64,000 bases of DNA from Vitrella brassicaformis CCMP3155 (GCA_001179505.1 CDMY01000887.1:124001-188000); one strand, 5' to 3'. Positions 24,490-37,905 are shown, numbered from the stretch's first letter. Numbers and translations are program-made. The notes: a model not told the origin generated them from the sequence alone.

Positions 24490-24805
24490 TCTGCCTCTCT
24501 GTCTGTCTGTCTGTCTGTCTGTCTGTATGTTGTGCAGGAGGGCCCCGTGTGGGTTCCTGAGCTTCGAGATGGCAGGGGGGCGCTGCTGCACACGGACCTG
24601 GACTTGAACAACGTGTACGAGTGGTGTCCCGACACGCAGCGCGGGAGAGTCTTCTTCACCAACTCGGGAGGCTTCGTCGAGTGGTCCGTCGGCCAACGCA
24701 ACTCGGACTTCATCTTCATCAGCGGCAATGGTAGGTGGGTACTACACTACCTTCAGGCAGACAGACACTCCCCCTCCCTCCCTCCACACACCGGCTCTCT
24801 CTCTG

Positions 24806-24836
<31 letters not shown>

Positions 24837-26271
24837 GTTCCCTCCTTCAGGCCAGGCCATCGACCCCACAGAACGGAATTTCCTCACCATTGCGCAGCAT
24901 GGGTCGTTTCGTGTGTCGAAGATCGACCTTGGGCCGCTGATCAAAAATGGCGGCGCGCTGGCGCGCATCGACGAGTTCCAGACCATAGTCGACAACTTTC
25001 AAGGCGTGCGCTTCAACAGCCCCAACGACGTTGTTTACGCGTGAGGACCTGCCTGCCTGCCTGTGCAGAGAGGGATGTGTGTGACGATCGATGTGCCTCG
25101 CCGTCCGTCATGCGATAAATGTTATGTGGGTGTGTTGTGTGCAGGTGCAATGGTGGCCTCTACTTCGGCGACCCACGTACGCCACACGCTGCACAGGCCA
25201 GGCGGAGAGAGAGAATGAAGATTCTGTGCCATGCCGTGGCATGCTGTGCTGTGGTGTGCTGTGCGATGAATGGAATGCAGCGTTCGGCCGGCAAGCCGTG
25301 TTCGGTGAGGCGAGAACGGAAGGTGACGCCAGGAGTGAGATCAACGACGCCTTTGGCTTTGTGTCCGGTAAGGCAGGCAGGCAGGCAGACCCCCCCCACA
25401 CACATGGGTCGACGGATGGTCCACGATCACGGACGTCTCTCTGATTCGATCGATCCGTGTGTGTGTGCGCGTGTGGGTGTCTGTAGGCGTCTACTACGTG
25501 CCGCCCGACTCGCACGATGCCGAGCTGATCTTGCGGAACGTGTACCGCCCCAACGGCATTGGCATCAGCCCCGACGACAGCCTAATTATCGTCGGCGACA
25601 GCCTGTCGTCGTGCAATGTGCCGTTAACACTCACTGCAACCTGATGGACAATGCCCAGAGGGCCAAGAGTCGGACACCTCAGAGGGAAACTTGGGTCTCA
25701 CCTTCCCCTCGGGAAGGTGGTATGTCGCCAAGTACGTGACCTCCGTCTCAGACAGACACACAGACCTGTCACACCACACGCAATCACCACGCACCCACAT
25801 GGCGTCATTATATGGCGGGGTGGTTCAGGGTGGACCCGCACGATCCGAAGGAGACCCATGAGATCCTTTTGGTGTCCGAGGAGGAGTTCGCCGCCAAGGT
25901 CGACTTCAGCAAGTAACTAAAGCAACACGACACTCTGAGCGTGACACATTGGTGCTGCATTTGCTGACTGCAACAGAGCGGGCTTCATCGACGGCCTCGA
26001 CATCTCGGCGCCCAACGAGCACTTCCCCAACGGAGTGCTCTTCGCCTCAGGACCAGGGGGCCTCTACGTCATCAAGGTGCCCGAGACCAAAGACGTTGAT
26101 CTGAGCCAAGATGACGCAGGCGCCCCGATTTTGGCCTTCATCGACACCTCGACCTTCGCCGTCAACGCCCACGTGGCCCCTGATGGTTTCCTGTATATCA
26201 CGGGGGGCGCCAATCTGTTCAGGATTAAGCTGGCCGACAGCATCAAGCCGGCCATCTCAAGGTGTCATTAG
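24157..26271 (+). CDS. Secreted SMP-30/gluconolactonase/LRE-family beta-propeller
   Basis: Signal peptide MASSVESAALALSCLLVAAMVRSAAG; motifs FT|EGPVW, FNSPNDVVY, NGGLYFGDP, RPNGIGISPD, GFIDG and VLFASGPGGLYVI across microsatellite-rich introns. Confidence 0.88.
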
Positions 26272-26289
26272 CCGCATTGAAGTGATGAT

Positions 26290-28500
26290 ATATGATGCTT
26301 CATATCGACTGCGGACGGGCAAATGGGCCCCCGCTCTCTAGTGTTTGGTTGGTTGGTGTTTTTGTGAGCAAGGTACGCCGTGTGTGGAAAACGTGCTCTC
26401 GTCTTGTCTCTTGTCTGTGTGTGGATGTCATGTGGATGGCCGAAGGAGAGAGAGAGAGAGAGGGGGGGATGATGTCCTTTTGTGGTCTTTTTCGGCTGCA
26501 TGTATCGGATGCGAGAGATGACCTATGTGAGATGAGGGGAGGTCGGTGAGAGCACTAGTGGGCAAGGTTGTTCGGTACTGACGGCGAGTCTGTCGCCGGA
26601 TTGGGTGGTCTTGTCATCTATCTGATGTCGTCTAATGCCGCGTTAAACGCGTTTAGACAGTAATGAATGCAGTGCACGCACGGCCGTGTCTCAGAAATGG
26701 GAGAGGCGTATTTTATGTGTGTATGTGTGTGTGGGTGGGTGGGTGGGTGAAAGAATTTTCTACCTATCTCTCTCTGTCCGTGCCATTCATCTGTCTGTCT
26801 GTCTCAGCCCTTGGGCTCTGTCTTTCTCCTTCTTCATCCGTCTGTGTGCATGGCCGTTTTCACATGTTTTCTACAGGCATGGCCATGCTACCTGCCTGCA
26901 TGCCCCCCGACACAAATGCGCCGATGCATCCATCCATCCATTGCCACCAAATTGTGGCAAATTTGTTGATGCGTGCCATCTGTCTGTCTGTCTGTCTGTC
27001 TGTCTGCTCGTGCGGGTCGCTTTAAACGAATGAACGAATGGATGAATGGCCAGCCAGTGCTCCAGGCACTTTCTGTGTGTCACCTCTTATTGCTCTCGGT
27101 GTGCTCTCTCGTGTGTGTGTGTGTTCCTGCCTAGTATGTGTGTGTCCGCTGCTGCGTGAGTCCGGACAATGTGTGTGCTCGTGTGTGAGTGTGTGTGCGT
27201 GTGTGCGTGTGTGTGCTTGAGGAACCAAAGCTGCCTGACGTACGTACGCATGTGGGCAGAGACACAGGCAATTGACGAACGCATCGATGGCTGAGTGTGG
27301 AGTGGGGTGTGGGATGTGCTGATGAGCGGAAGCGCACGCACAAGGAGGAGAGGAAGGCCAGGGAGTGAGTGACCCATGAGCGTGGGGTTCGTTTTATCTC
27401 CATCCATCCATCCATCCATCCATCCCCTCTGTGCTATGCATACGCTGAATTCTCTTGCATAATTATATAGCGTGTGGATGGATGGATGGCGGCCGGGGGT
27501 GAACCAACGCTTCAAGCGTACGTAGTCGTTGACGAGGGTCCCTCGCCTCTCTCTCTCTCTGTTGTGCTGTGAAGTGAAGGAAGACATTTGTTGGGATTTG
27601 CCATGTGTTTTACGAGTCATAGCGCTCTACCTACTGTTTTGGCACACTTGAGCGTTGACTGACTTTGCTGCCTGTTTCCTGCCTCTGCCTTCATGTAAGT
27701 GGGTCGCCGATAAGCCCAGCCAGCCTGCATGTCATCGTGGGTCGCCGATAGCCCAGTTCGCCAAGGCCACGTGCCTTTTCGTGTTCGCCTTCGTGTTTGC
27801 CTGCCTGCTTGTTTATGTTGGACCTCTCTGCCGCTCTTTTATCAACGCTCGTGATTTGTGGGACTCTGCTATCCACACAACAACTTCAACAACATTTACC
27901 ACATCTCTAGCTACGCGTTTGTGTGTAGTGTGACGCTGCCTGCACTGGCACATAGTAGCAATGGTCGTGGTGTGTGGTGTGGTTTGTGGTGCGTGGCAGC
28001 TGAAAGCGGAATCCCCAGCACATTCAGTCAGTATCTCGACTGTCAAGTTATCTTTCGGTCAGCGAAACGAAGTCGTTGTCTGTCGAGTCTCAGGATGACT
28101 GTCAAGACACACACATGCGCAGCACAGCAAGCTACAAATGCATTTGGAATGACTGTGGACGTCACAGAACCATGTCAGTTCGCAAACATACGAGATGACA
28201 AGAGCGCGTAATCCCGTCCGGCGCCACACAGGCTGACAGACCTCAGTCAGTACCGACTTTTGTTCTTTGCCCCACTACATCCATCGTGCTGCCGCCGACC
28301 TCACCCCACCTCACCCCACCTCACCTTACATCGCATCCATCCATCCATCCATGCATCGGAAAAAGACGAAATAGAGAGGATAACATGTTAACGCGGCATC
28401 GCTACTTGCACACTCACTCCCTTCCCCGCACAACGACATCGGCTCCGTATGATACAATTAGAAGAAACACAGCGGACAACGCACGAGACATTGACCTAAA
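26290..28500. repeat. Microsatellite-rich intergenic region: (GT)n, (GA)n, (CTGT)n, (CCAT)n
   Basis: Dense simple repeats; ORF translations are low-complexity (CVCV, THTH) with no domain motif. Confidence 0.7.
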
Positions 28501-28547
28501 CAACACCAAACCAAAGACTTACACAGAGCGACCCGAGCAGCCCGTCG

Positions 28548-30547
28548 TCACTCGTCGGCTGGCGGGATACTCTGCTCATACGCAAAACCGATCGTCGGGT
28601 CATAGCGCTTCTTGACACGCCTCAGCCGAGCAACGTTCTCACGGTAGTAGGCCTGGATGAAACAGGAGAGCAAGAGACTGACTGATCCCAAGTGTTTTTG
28701 GTGGCGCGTGTCTGCAGCTTGTGTGAATTCCCCCACCGCACCGTGAGGTAGTCCTCGATGTCTCTGTCGACGTAGTTGACGTACGCAAACCCACTGGATG
28801 AGAACGGCGTCTGAAACACCCTGTGGACGTCCCTTTGCCACGCAAGGACAGGCTTCTTGTTGGTGTTGCCCGCCGCGGTGTCCTCCGAAGAGATGCCCGA
28901 CTGCACAAGGAAGGTGACGTTCCTGTGGGGGAAAGCTGTGGCTGTCGGGGAGAGATCGGCCAATGCGCTGCCCCACGCTTCACACACACACGCACAATAA
29001 AGCTAGCTGCTCACAAGGAGATTTCTTTCAATCTTTTCGGGTGCGAGTTACAGAAGAACTGGACGAAGATCAGAGTCACGCCATCCAGACTTGGGACAGT
29101 CTTTCAGAGCTGCAGCAGATCGGCGAGCTGATCGGCGTCCAGCGTGTCATAGACGATAGAAGACCTCAGCTTTTCGAACCTAGCTGAACACACAAACAAG
29201 AAGACATGGTTCATTCGGACACATACTGCACTGCTCATCAGTCTGCAGACACTCACAGGGAGAGGGCGCTTCAATGAGGGACTCCGGGTCGTCGACTGGC
29301 AGAAGGGCACTGTCAAGAATGGACTGGATGGGGTCATAGACCACCACCTGCTGGCAGGCCGGCTCGCCGGCTGCTTGGAAAAGCCCGCTGCGCTTCAGCT
29401 CGTCCCGCAGCTGCTCCTCGGTGCCGATGAACTCTCCGTCAAGTGCGATGCCCCCAAACAGTGGCAGCCAGATGAGCTTCGTGAAGAAATCCCTTGACGC
29501 ACACAGACGCAGGGAGGGAGGCATAGGCATGACCATTCATTCAACCCAGGCAGATAGATGCTTGTGTCCCTGCATGGCCTACCTCGGCGCTTTGAATGTC
29601 GCGTATTCCTGGTACCATTCAAAGAGAGGCACAAACTGGTCGATGTCGTACCGGAAGTTCAGATGTACTACGGTCGGCGACGGCACATAGAAGGCGGTAA
29701 AGCTGATTTGCGTGATGATGCCGAATTGACCTCCACCGCCGCCACAGCTCGCCCAGAAAAGGTCGCTCTCGCTTGAGTTGGTAACTTGCAGGATGGAGCC
29801 ATCGTACGTGACCATCTCCAGGCGAGTCAGAGTGTCGCACAAGAGGCCGTACTTCCTGCCCCGATGCCCTCGGCCTCCGCCGGCTGAACTAACACACAGA
29901 TATAGCCAGACGCGCACAGATCGCTCATCCGCTCTGGCGGATGGCAGGCAGCGTCTGTCAACGCGCAATGTGTCGTACGTGTGATGCCTCCCATGCTGCA
30001 CACACACACACACACACAGGGAAGACACGGATAGAGGCGTTTGGTCATCTCTGTGTGTGTGTGTGTGCATTTCTACGGTACCCGACGCTGTGCTCCGATC
30101 CACCGTTAAACCACGCCTTATGGTCGAACCACAAGTGGTAGTAGACGTAGCCCTGCCGCACCCCCGGCCCCACCGTCACATCAAGCGTCTCGTTGTCTCG
30201 CTTGACCACCTCGAATTGACGGAGCCCCTCAACGTCGACCAGCAGTCCACCACAGGAGCTGTAGCCTTCATAGGAGTGGGCCCGAGCGCGCACACACAAT
30301 CACGCTGTGGTTGGAGGCACAGCAGTTGCAGTCCGAGACCTCCTGTGCTGTCTGACACCGCCTTGTTGAGCACGACTCTCTCCGTCTCGTATAATTCAGA
30401 ATCAGCAGGCGTGACGACGGCCACAGAAGCATTTCTCAGGCATTCGATCAACGGAAGCTGCCTGCCTTGCCTCTCGGTTCTTCCTGCTGCCTGTGACGAA
30501 GGGGAGATGAGGTCAGTCAGCAGGAGGATGGCGAGGGAATAGAGCAT
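28548..30547 (-). pseudogene. Berberine-bridge-enzyme-like FAD-linked oxidase, probably pseudogenised
   Basis: Signal peptide MLYSLAILLLTD; motifs CARSG/HSYEGYS, VTVGPGVRQG, GGGRGHRGRKYGLLCD, SDLFWASCGGGGGQFGII, TAFPHR, AYVNYVD and LRRVKKRYDP. Apparent frameshifts at ~30358 and ~30280 and an in-frame TGA at 29104-29106. Confidence 0.75.
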
Positions 30548-31324
30548 CTACCCGCCCTAAACGTGACGGCAATGACGTCTTGACGTGTCCAAGCAGAACC
30601 GCATCGGAATCAGACAAAAACCTCGCTGCGTGTGTTTACAAATTACAACGGCTGGTCAACGGCTCGCACCCGCGGACACGGTGGGGACTAAAGGAGATGT
30701 CGTGAGCCTTGCGCATGGGCCAAAAAGGTGCTGGACCATATCATCCACCCGGGCGCACGCCCAACTCTCATCGCCTCCGATCTCAGCTTCATTGTACATA
30801 AGCACGACGGACTCTGCGGCACAGATTCTCTTGACTACACCCGGCCGGGTGCTGCGGGTATCAGTCAATTGGATCGATCAGTTTGGTCGATTGATTAACG
30901 TTGAGGGAGTTGAGTCAATTTCAATTGATTGCACGGGACGGGCCACACACACAGAGAGAGAGCCCCACCAATACGCAGTCCACACAAACACACCAACACT
31001 CAGCCATACAAACACACGAGCACCAGCACCAACACCAGCAGCAGCAGCAGCAGCAGGAGTCGTCGAGCGCATATCATATCATATGTTGCCAGGAAGCAGG
31101 CGGGCAGACAGGCCAGGCCAGGCCGCCAACAGAGAAACTTGATAAACACACACACACACATACACACACACATAGAAGGGATGCACACAACACAACACAA
31201 CACCTTTATATGTGTGAGTAGTGGAAGAAAGAGAGAGAGAGAGAGAGTGAGAGTCGAGAGGGCATTTCAGTGCTTACGAGGTCATTTGTGTCACAAACAC
31301 ACACACCATCATGGCCACCTAACC

Positions 31325-31623
31325 NNNNNNNNNNNNNNNNNNNNNNNNNNNNNNNNNNNNNNNNNNNNNNNNNNNNNNNNNNNNNNNNNNNNNNNNNNNN
31401 NNNNNNNNNNNNNNNNNNNNNNNNNNNNNNNNNNNNNNNNNNNNNNNNNNNNNNNNNNNNNNNNNNNNNNNNNNNNNNNNNNNNNNNNNNNNNNNNNNNN
31501 NNNNNNNNNNNNNNNNNNNNNNNNNNNNNNNNNNNNNNNNNNNNNNNNNNNNNNNNNNNNNNNNNNNNNNNNNNNNNNNNNNNNNNNNNNNNNNNNNNNN
31601 NNNNNNNNNNNNNNNNNNNNNNN
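31325..31623. other. Assembly gap (~300 N) next to a poly-C tract
   Basis: N run followed by a C tract. Confidence 0.97.
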
Positions 31624-32505
31624 NCCCCCCCTCCCTACCCACGAAAACACGAGTTCTCAATTGCGATCCGCTCATCCATCCATCCATCCATTCATCCATT
31701 CATCCATTCATCCATTCAATTGCGATCGGTACAAAACCCGTCATACACACCAAAACACACCGGGCGAAAGCCATCACACCCCCACCCGCACCTGGGCACG
31801 GCGCAATTTCTGCGCACTGCTCCGTCCACTAATTGCCTTGATCGAGCTGTACGTCTGTTTCCACAAAAGACGAGAGTAGCCGACACACTCACCCAACACA
31901 CCAACACAAGCCAAGACAAGGCCACACGGCAGGGAAGCAGGCCGGAGGCAGGCAGGGGAGGGAGGCAGGGGAGGAACACTCAGCCCACTCAGCCCACCCA
32001 CCCACACGTGTGGTGTCAAAAAAGGCAGCAACCAAGTTACTAACCAACCAAGCAACCATCGGTTACAATAATTATTACCCGTGCTGTGTGTGTGGCGAGG
32101 GAGGATGGGATGGATGGATGGATGGATGGGGCGCAAAAAGGCCGAGAGGGGCGCTGTGCTACGAACCTTACACAAGGGAGACAGACAGACGAAAAGACAG
32201 GTGCGATGGACGGAAACAGACTGACAGCCTGCCTGGGGTGGGGGGTGGGGGGTGGATAAAACGCCACGGCAAGCACATAGATAGATGCACCCCACGCCAC
32301 GGCACTGCTCCCCGCCTGCCTGCCTCCATTCATCCATCCATCCATCCCGCCCTCATTTGGCAAGAGTTGGAATCAAATACAAAATACTTAGTCTGTTAGT
32401 CTCTCTCTCTCTCTCTCTCTCTCACTTGACCCGCGCGCAGCGCACACACAGCCACTCCAGCAGCCAACCACTCACTCCCTCACACGACAGACACGCCTGT
32501 CTTGT

Positions 32506-35500
32506 CTAGCCCTTCTTCTTGGTCTTCTTCCCGGGGCCCTCCTTGGCCGCTGCAGCGGCAGCAGCGGCCTCCTCGGGAGTCATGCTCGCCTGATTCACGA
32601 CGATCCTGCACCAGACACAAGACAAGACAAGACATCACAACACATCCACCAACGCAGCGCCACTTCACACCACTTCCGTCTGAGAAGGTTACCTCGGAAA
32701 CTGTTCTGTCCAGGACTGCCCCAAAAAGATGCCGCTGCCCGCATCCGCCACCTGGCTCGTAATCGACTCGAACAGACTCGCCGTCTGCAGCCGACCCAGC
32801 GACTCCCGCTCCCTCTCGAGCCGCTCCCGCGCCTCCCGCGCCGCCCGCTCCCGCTCGCTCGCCGTGGGTATGGGCGTCTTGTTGCCGAAGTCGGCCACGG
32901 AGGGGTGCTCGACGATGGCCCGGTCGATGGCCTCGTCGAAGGCGTGTGAGGCGAAGGTCACCGACTTGTTGGACTTGGATGTAGCGTCGCCTTGGTCCTG
33001 CTGCTGCTGCTGCTGCTGGTGGTGCTGCTGGTGCTGCTGGTGATTTCCGGTGGCACCGGCGGGAGCGACAGCACGGTGAAGCTCTGAGGGAGTCTCGCTC
33101 AGCCCCACCTATCAGACAGCAGAAGAGGGCATGAGTCGAGTAGATCAGGAAGGACAGCTATATATCATTCTCTTGACCCTTCAGGACTGACCGTTCGCGT
33201 CTCCGACAGCCAGCTGGAGAGGTCCTGCAGCTCGCCGGCCACCCAGCCCACATCCCGGTCCCCCTCCCCCTCCGCCTCTCCCTCTCGCTCTCCCTCTCGC
33301 TCCTCGTCGCCCTCATCCCCCTCACCCACACACATGTCCTCCTCTCTAATGGCGGGCGGCGGCAGCACCGCCCCATGGCCCGCCGACAGCTCGTCAGACG
33401 ACTTGCGGTTGGGCAGCATGTAGGGCGAGAAGTACCCTCGGGGCATTGTCAGAGGCGGGGGGGAGGGGGAGGTTGTCATGGCGTCGCGGCTCCGGGACCG
33501 GGTGCTCAGCGAGAGCTGACCACTGGACGTGATCAGGTTGCCGGACCGGTCGGGGCCCAGACTGAGGAGGGAAAAGGTGAGAGAGTCATCCGTCGTGGTG
33601 GAGGGTGCTCATGGTGTGTTGGTGTGTGTGTGTGGTGTCTGTCGTGTGGTGCGCTGGGAAGGTGAGGTACCTGGGCGTGTTGAAGAGGACGGTGCTTGGC
33701 GGAGGGGGTGGGGGTCCACGAGAGGGTGACGGGATGGATGGCGACTCCGTGTCGACGTCACTCGCACCGACCAGGTTCTGCAGGCTGTCGGGCTGCAGCT
33801 CGTCGTCAGAAGGAGCCAACTGGTTCTGAAACACACCCACACACCCACACACACACGTTGGTTCCTTCAGCATCAACACACCCATCTTCACAGCCATCGC
33901 ACCTCAGGGATCTGCTGCAGCTGCAGCTTGTTGATGCTCCCCACCACCACACCGCCCGACGGCAGACTCGGCGGCGTACTCGAGTTGCTCGCACCTGACC
34001 CCTTCAGCTGCTGATGCTGCTCCTGCTGGTGGAGATGGTGGGAGTGCGTCGATTTCCCCCCACCACCCACAGCCCCGCCGCTGACATCCGAACCTCCGAA
34101 AATGTCCGACTCAGTGGCCGACGTGGTGGCCTGCGACGGCTTGCGTGAGACCTTCTTGTCCGCCGGCGGCTTGGTGGTCTTCTGGTGAGGGGGGGCCGCC
34201 ACGGGGTCCTCAAAGGCGGGGCTGCTGTCGCTCAGCAGGCGCCCTTCGCGGCGACGGGCGCGCAGCCACCCGCAGCAGCCACTGACGAAAGGACGGAACG
34301 ACACACAGGGAGAGAGAGAAAGGTGTGATGACTGGAGGGAGAGAGTGGAATGAATTGAGGGAGGGAGGGAGGGTCAATGACTTACATACCCCATGACTTT
34401 CTCCACTTTGGTCCGCTCAAATCGGCACGACACGCGCACTCGCCTACTAAACAGTCCCCCACTCACGCCGCCAACCGACGCCAACCGAGGCGTCCTGCGC
34501 GACAACCACGCACACACACACACACACACGTGTGCACATGTGAGCCGTCGGTGACCTTCCCAGCCACCCACGGGCCCACACACCCAGCGCACCCCACCAA
34601 CGTACCATGAGTTTCTTCTGCTCGCAGCAGGTGTGTTGCCGTTGCTCTGTGCCTCTGCCAGTGAGGTGGCGAGGTCCTCGGGCATGATGGGGGGGATCGA
34701 CACGCGCTGCGATGGCGTCTGGGCGGCAGACAGGCTGACCTTGGCCGACGGCACCGCCGCGCTGTGGGGGTGGGCCGCCACGTGCGCCGCTACTAAAGCG
34801 TCCAAAGACTGTCAATCAACCAGACCAGACAGAGATACATTGCCAGGTGGACGAGTGTGTGTGTGTGTGTGTGTGCTCTCCCTCTCCGTCTGTCTCCCTC
34901 CCTTGCCTGTTTGAGCTTGTCCATCCGCGCCTCATCGGTCTCCCTGGCTATGGCCTGGAGCTTCTTGATGAGCACGCTCTTCTGCCCCCACAGCTTGCAG
35001 TTGAGCCAGGTGCCGTGGCTGAGTGTGAAGGCCGCCTCGCACAAGGTGATGCCGAACAGCCCCAGCAGCCGCCCCACCCCGATGAGCAGCGACTGATCCA
35101 TCAGCTCGAGGTTGGTGAGCTCCACCTCGATCCGCCGGCTGCTCCCCGCCGCTGGGGCGAAGAGGTCCGCCGTCTTGGGGCGGTGCTGCTCCATCGCCGC
35201 CACGATGCCCAGACTCACGCCGCCCTCCTTGACCAGATCTTCCGGCCGACGAAGCACCTCCTACACATCACACATGGGGGGGAGAGAGAGAGAGAGAGAG
35301 AGAGAGAGGGCCCATCCATCCATATGCTCACGGTTGTCCCACACTGGCCGACTGAGCGAGTCACTGAGCTGGGTAGGGTACCTACCTGCAGCTTGCGTGC
35401 GGTTTGTTTGAGGTGCTCGAGGTCCATGGGAATGCCCTTGGGCATCAGGAGGAAGGTGGCCCTGAAGTGGCGGTCGCTCTTGATGGTCATGTTGCTGCTG

Positions 35501-35631
35501 CTGAAGAAGCAGTTGTGGTCGAGCACCGCCCGGCAGATGGTCTCAAACAGCCGCCAGTGCGAGATGCCCCACACGTGCGCCTCGAGCAGCCCCTCCGCCC
35601 GCACGTTGACCAGCGTACCCAGGTGGCTCAT
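32506..35631 (-). CDS. Multi-exon protein with two ACT-like segments followed by a long low-complexity/disordered region
   Basis: EAHVWGISHWRLFETICRAVLDHNCFFSSSNMTIKSDRHFRATFLL and IEVELTNLELMDQSLLIGVGRLLGLFGITLCEAAFTLS fit the ACT beta-alpha-beta pattern. The final exon reads IVVNQASMTPEE...KKTKKKG* (stop 32506-32508). The start codon is uncertain. Confidence 0.55.
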
Positions 35632-36111
35632 CCTGGGCGCTCACTCTGCTGCTCTGGCTGCCTCACGGATCTCGGCAACAGAGCGAAGAGCGAAGCAGAT
35701 GCGATGCCCGCCTGCAACAACAAGACAGATACGCAGCAGAAATGGCTGTATGGTGCTTGTGACGGCGGAAAGATCTCACCTTCTGAGTCTTTCTCCTTCG
35801 CTTCTAAGCTCGCAAATGTCTGCGAGCCGAGGGTTCTTTGTGCGCAGGGTGGCCTTGAACTATCGTGTTTGCTACTCGATTGCACCACGGCAGCTTCCTC
35901 GACATCATTAAGGTCCATCGAATGCGCTCGAATGCTCATCTGATGGAATTCTAGGTAAGAAATCGGCGCAGTGACGTGCGCAGTGTCTGTCGGTGCAAGA
36001 GTGACGCCCTCCCTCTCTCTGTGCGTTGTCGTTTCGTCCGCATGTAGAAGTGGCCGACTTTGAGCGGAGGAGGCGGGCGACTCGGAGGAGGCTGCCTGGA
36101 GGCAAGCGAGG

Positions 36112-37198
36112 ATGTACCGCGCAGATGGCCATCAGGACATCAACAACCAGCTGCAGGGCTTCTACATGCCACCGCCCAGGTGAATGAGGGCAGACACACA
36201 TGGCAGATCCATCCATCCATCCACCCTTCCATCCCAACTCGTGTTTTCCATCCGTCCATCCATCCGTCACTGGCAGGTTCCCTCAGGCGTTCCGCCCCTT
36301 CCCTCCCCGCCCCAGACCTCCCCCGGCCTTCCCCTCCGTTAGCCCCGCCGTGCAGACGCTCCTCGACCAGCTTCCCGTCGACGACCGACCCGACTACCTG
36401 CCCATCTGTCCCATCCTGCAGGACGTCCCCCGACAGCCCGTCGTCACCATCCACGGCGACAACCACAGCGGCTTCCAGCTCGGTCACACCTACGAGCGGC
36501 CGTGTCTGATGCAGTGGCTCAACAGCAAGGGCTTCTCGCCCATGAGCAAGCGGACGCTGACGGGGAGCCGTGTGGCGAGCAACCATGAGGTCTTGTCGCG
36601 GATTGAGGATTGGGGGCGGCAGCAGCTGCGTCTGCGGGGTGGAGGTGTGGGTGAAGATGGAGAGGGAGAGGGAGAGGGAGAGGGAGGAGAGGGCAATGAG
36701 GGTGAGAGGGATAAGGTTAGTGGGGGTGCTGGGAGGAGTAGCTCTGCTGCCGCTGCGGCGGCGGCGGCGGCAGGTGGTGGTGGTGGTGGTGTTGCAGTCG
36801 GCCACGGCAACAGGGTTGAGATAGGTACCGTCATAAAAGGGTCGCGGATGAGGTATCTGTGTTGCATTGTGTTGTGTTGTCTTGTCTTGTTTGTGGGGCG
36901 CGGTCAGATCTGACTCTGTCGCCGGCGCCGAACATCCTTCGGCCTGGTCCAGCAGCAGCTGCTGCTCCGGCTGCTGCAGACTACAACCCACCGGTACGCA
37001 CAAGAGGATATTCTCCTGTGGGTGGGTGTGCATTCCATTCACTGGTCCTGCCTCGCTGTGTGTGCTGCGTCTGTTGCGTCTGTCTGGCAGGTTGACGACT
37101 CGTCTGACGAGCTGTTGGCGTCGCTGCTGCAGGAGGAGCTCAATGCCGAGGCCATGAATCCTCCCCCCCACCATCAAGCTGCTGCTGCGGGGGTATAA
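36112..37198 (+). CDS. Small U-box E3 ubiquitin ligase-like protein with a UIM-like C-terminus
   Basis: Start MYRADGHQ (ATG 36112). U-box CPILQDVPRQPV...GHTYERPCLMQWLNSKGFSPMSKRTL...NHEVLSRIEDW. The last exon reads VDDSSDELLASLLQEELNAE and ends at TAA 37196-37198. Four exons, with compatible phases at the junctions checked. Confidence 0.82.
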
Positions 37199-37299
37199 CT
37201 AAGGGCATTCGATTTCCATCCATTGAGTCATTGATCATGTTTGCGCATCCATCCATGGTTCCTGCCTGCCTGGCTGCTTTTGGACTGTCAGCGCCTGTT

Positions 37300-37449
37300 G
37301 GATCAGCGCTCGCTGGGTCCGGCGGGGTTCCGCCCGCCGTTTAGGCACTTCCGCCCCGTCCGCATCAGGCCGCCACCACGGCCATTCGTACGCAATGCAC
37401 CCACGCCACACTCTAACGCACCATACGCCCTCTTGTGCAACGCTGTTCT
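37300..37449 (-). pseudogene. Possible decayed ankyrin-repeat fragment
   Basis: RTALHKRAYGALECGVGALRTNG loosely resembles GxTALHxAAxxGHxExVxxLLxxGA; no intact gene context. Confidence 0.25.
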
Positions 37450-37905
37450 CTTTGGTCTGGTGTGGCGTGTGTGCGTGTGGGCAGCGCCCTCCTCCCGTCA
37501 TCCCCCCCTGGGCGCAGCGCAGGCAGCGGACGTACGGTGAGGCCGCTGGGGCTCCTGGCGGTGATGGTGGTGTTGGTGTTGGTGTTGGTGTGGGTGCGGG
37601 CAATGGGCAGCGCAATGTGCGGCCGCGGCATGATTGATTGAGAGGGGGAAGGGGGGCATATGTAGCGAATGGGTGAGTGCTTGCATCAGTGGATGGTTGT
37701 GTATAGCTAGCTGCCATGGTATATATATCCTGATGGATGGGTGGCGTCACTGGCGTGCATGTTGTTGATCTAGTTGTTGATCCATGCGTGAGTTCCCCCA
37801 AACGCCCAACCACACAGTCAACAAAAGGGCAAAGTCAAACTGACATACCAATGGAAGACAAAAAATGGACCGACCGACCGACGACAAAAAGGACCCCACG
37901 ACAGG

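Noticed and set aside
29104-29106. In-frame TGA as selenocysteine or an alternative genetic code
   Set aside because: The same gene has frameshifts, TGA acts as a normal stop elsewhere in the window, and I identified no SECIS.
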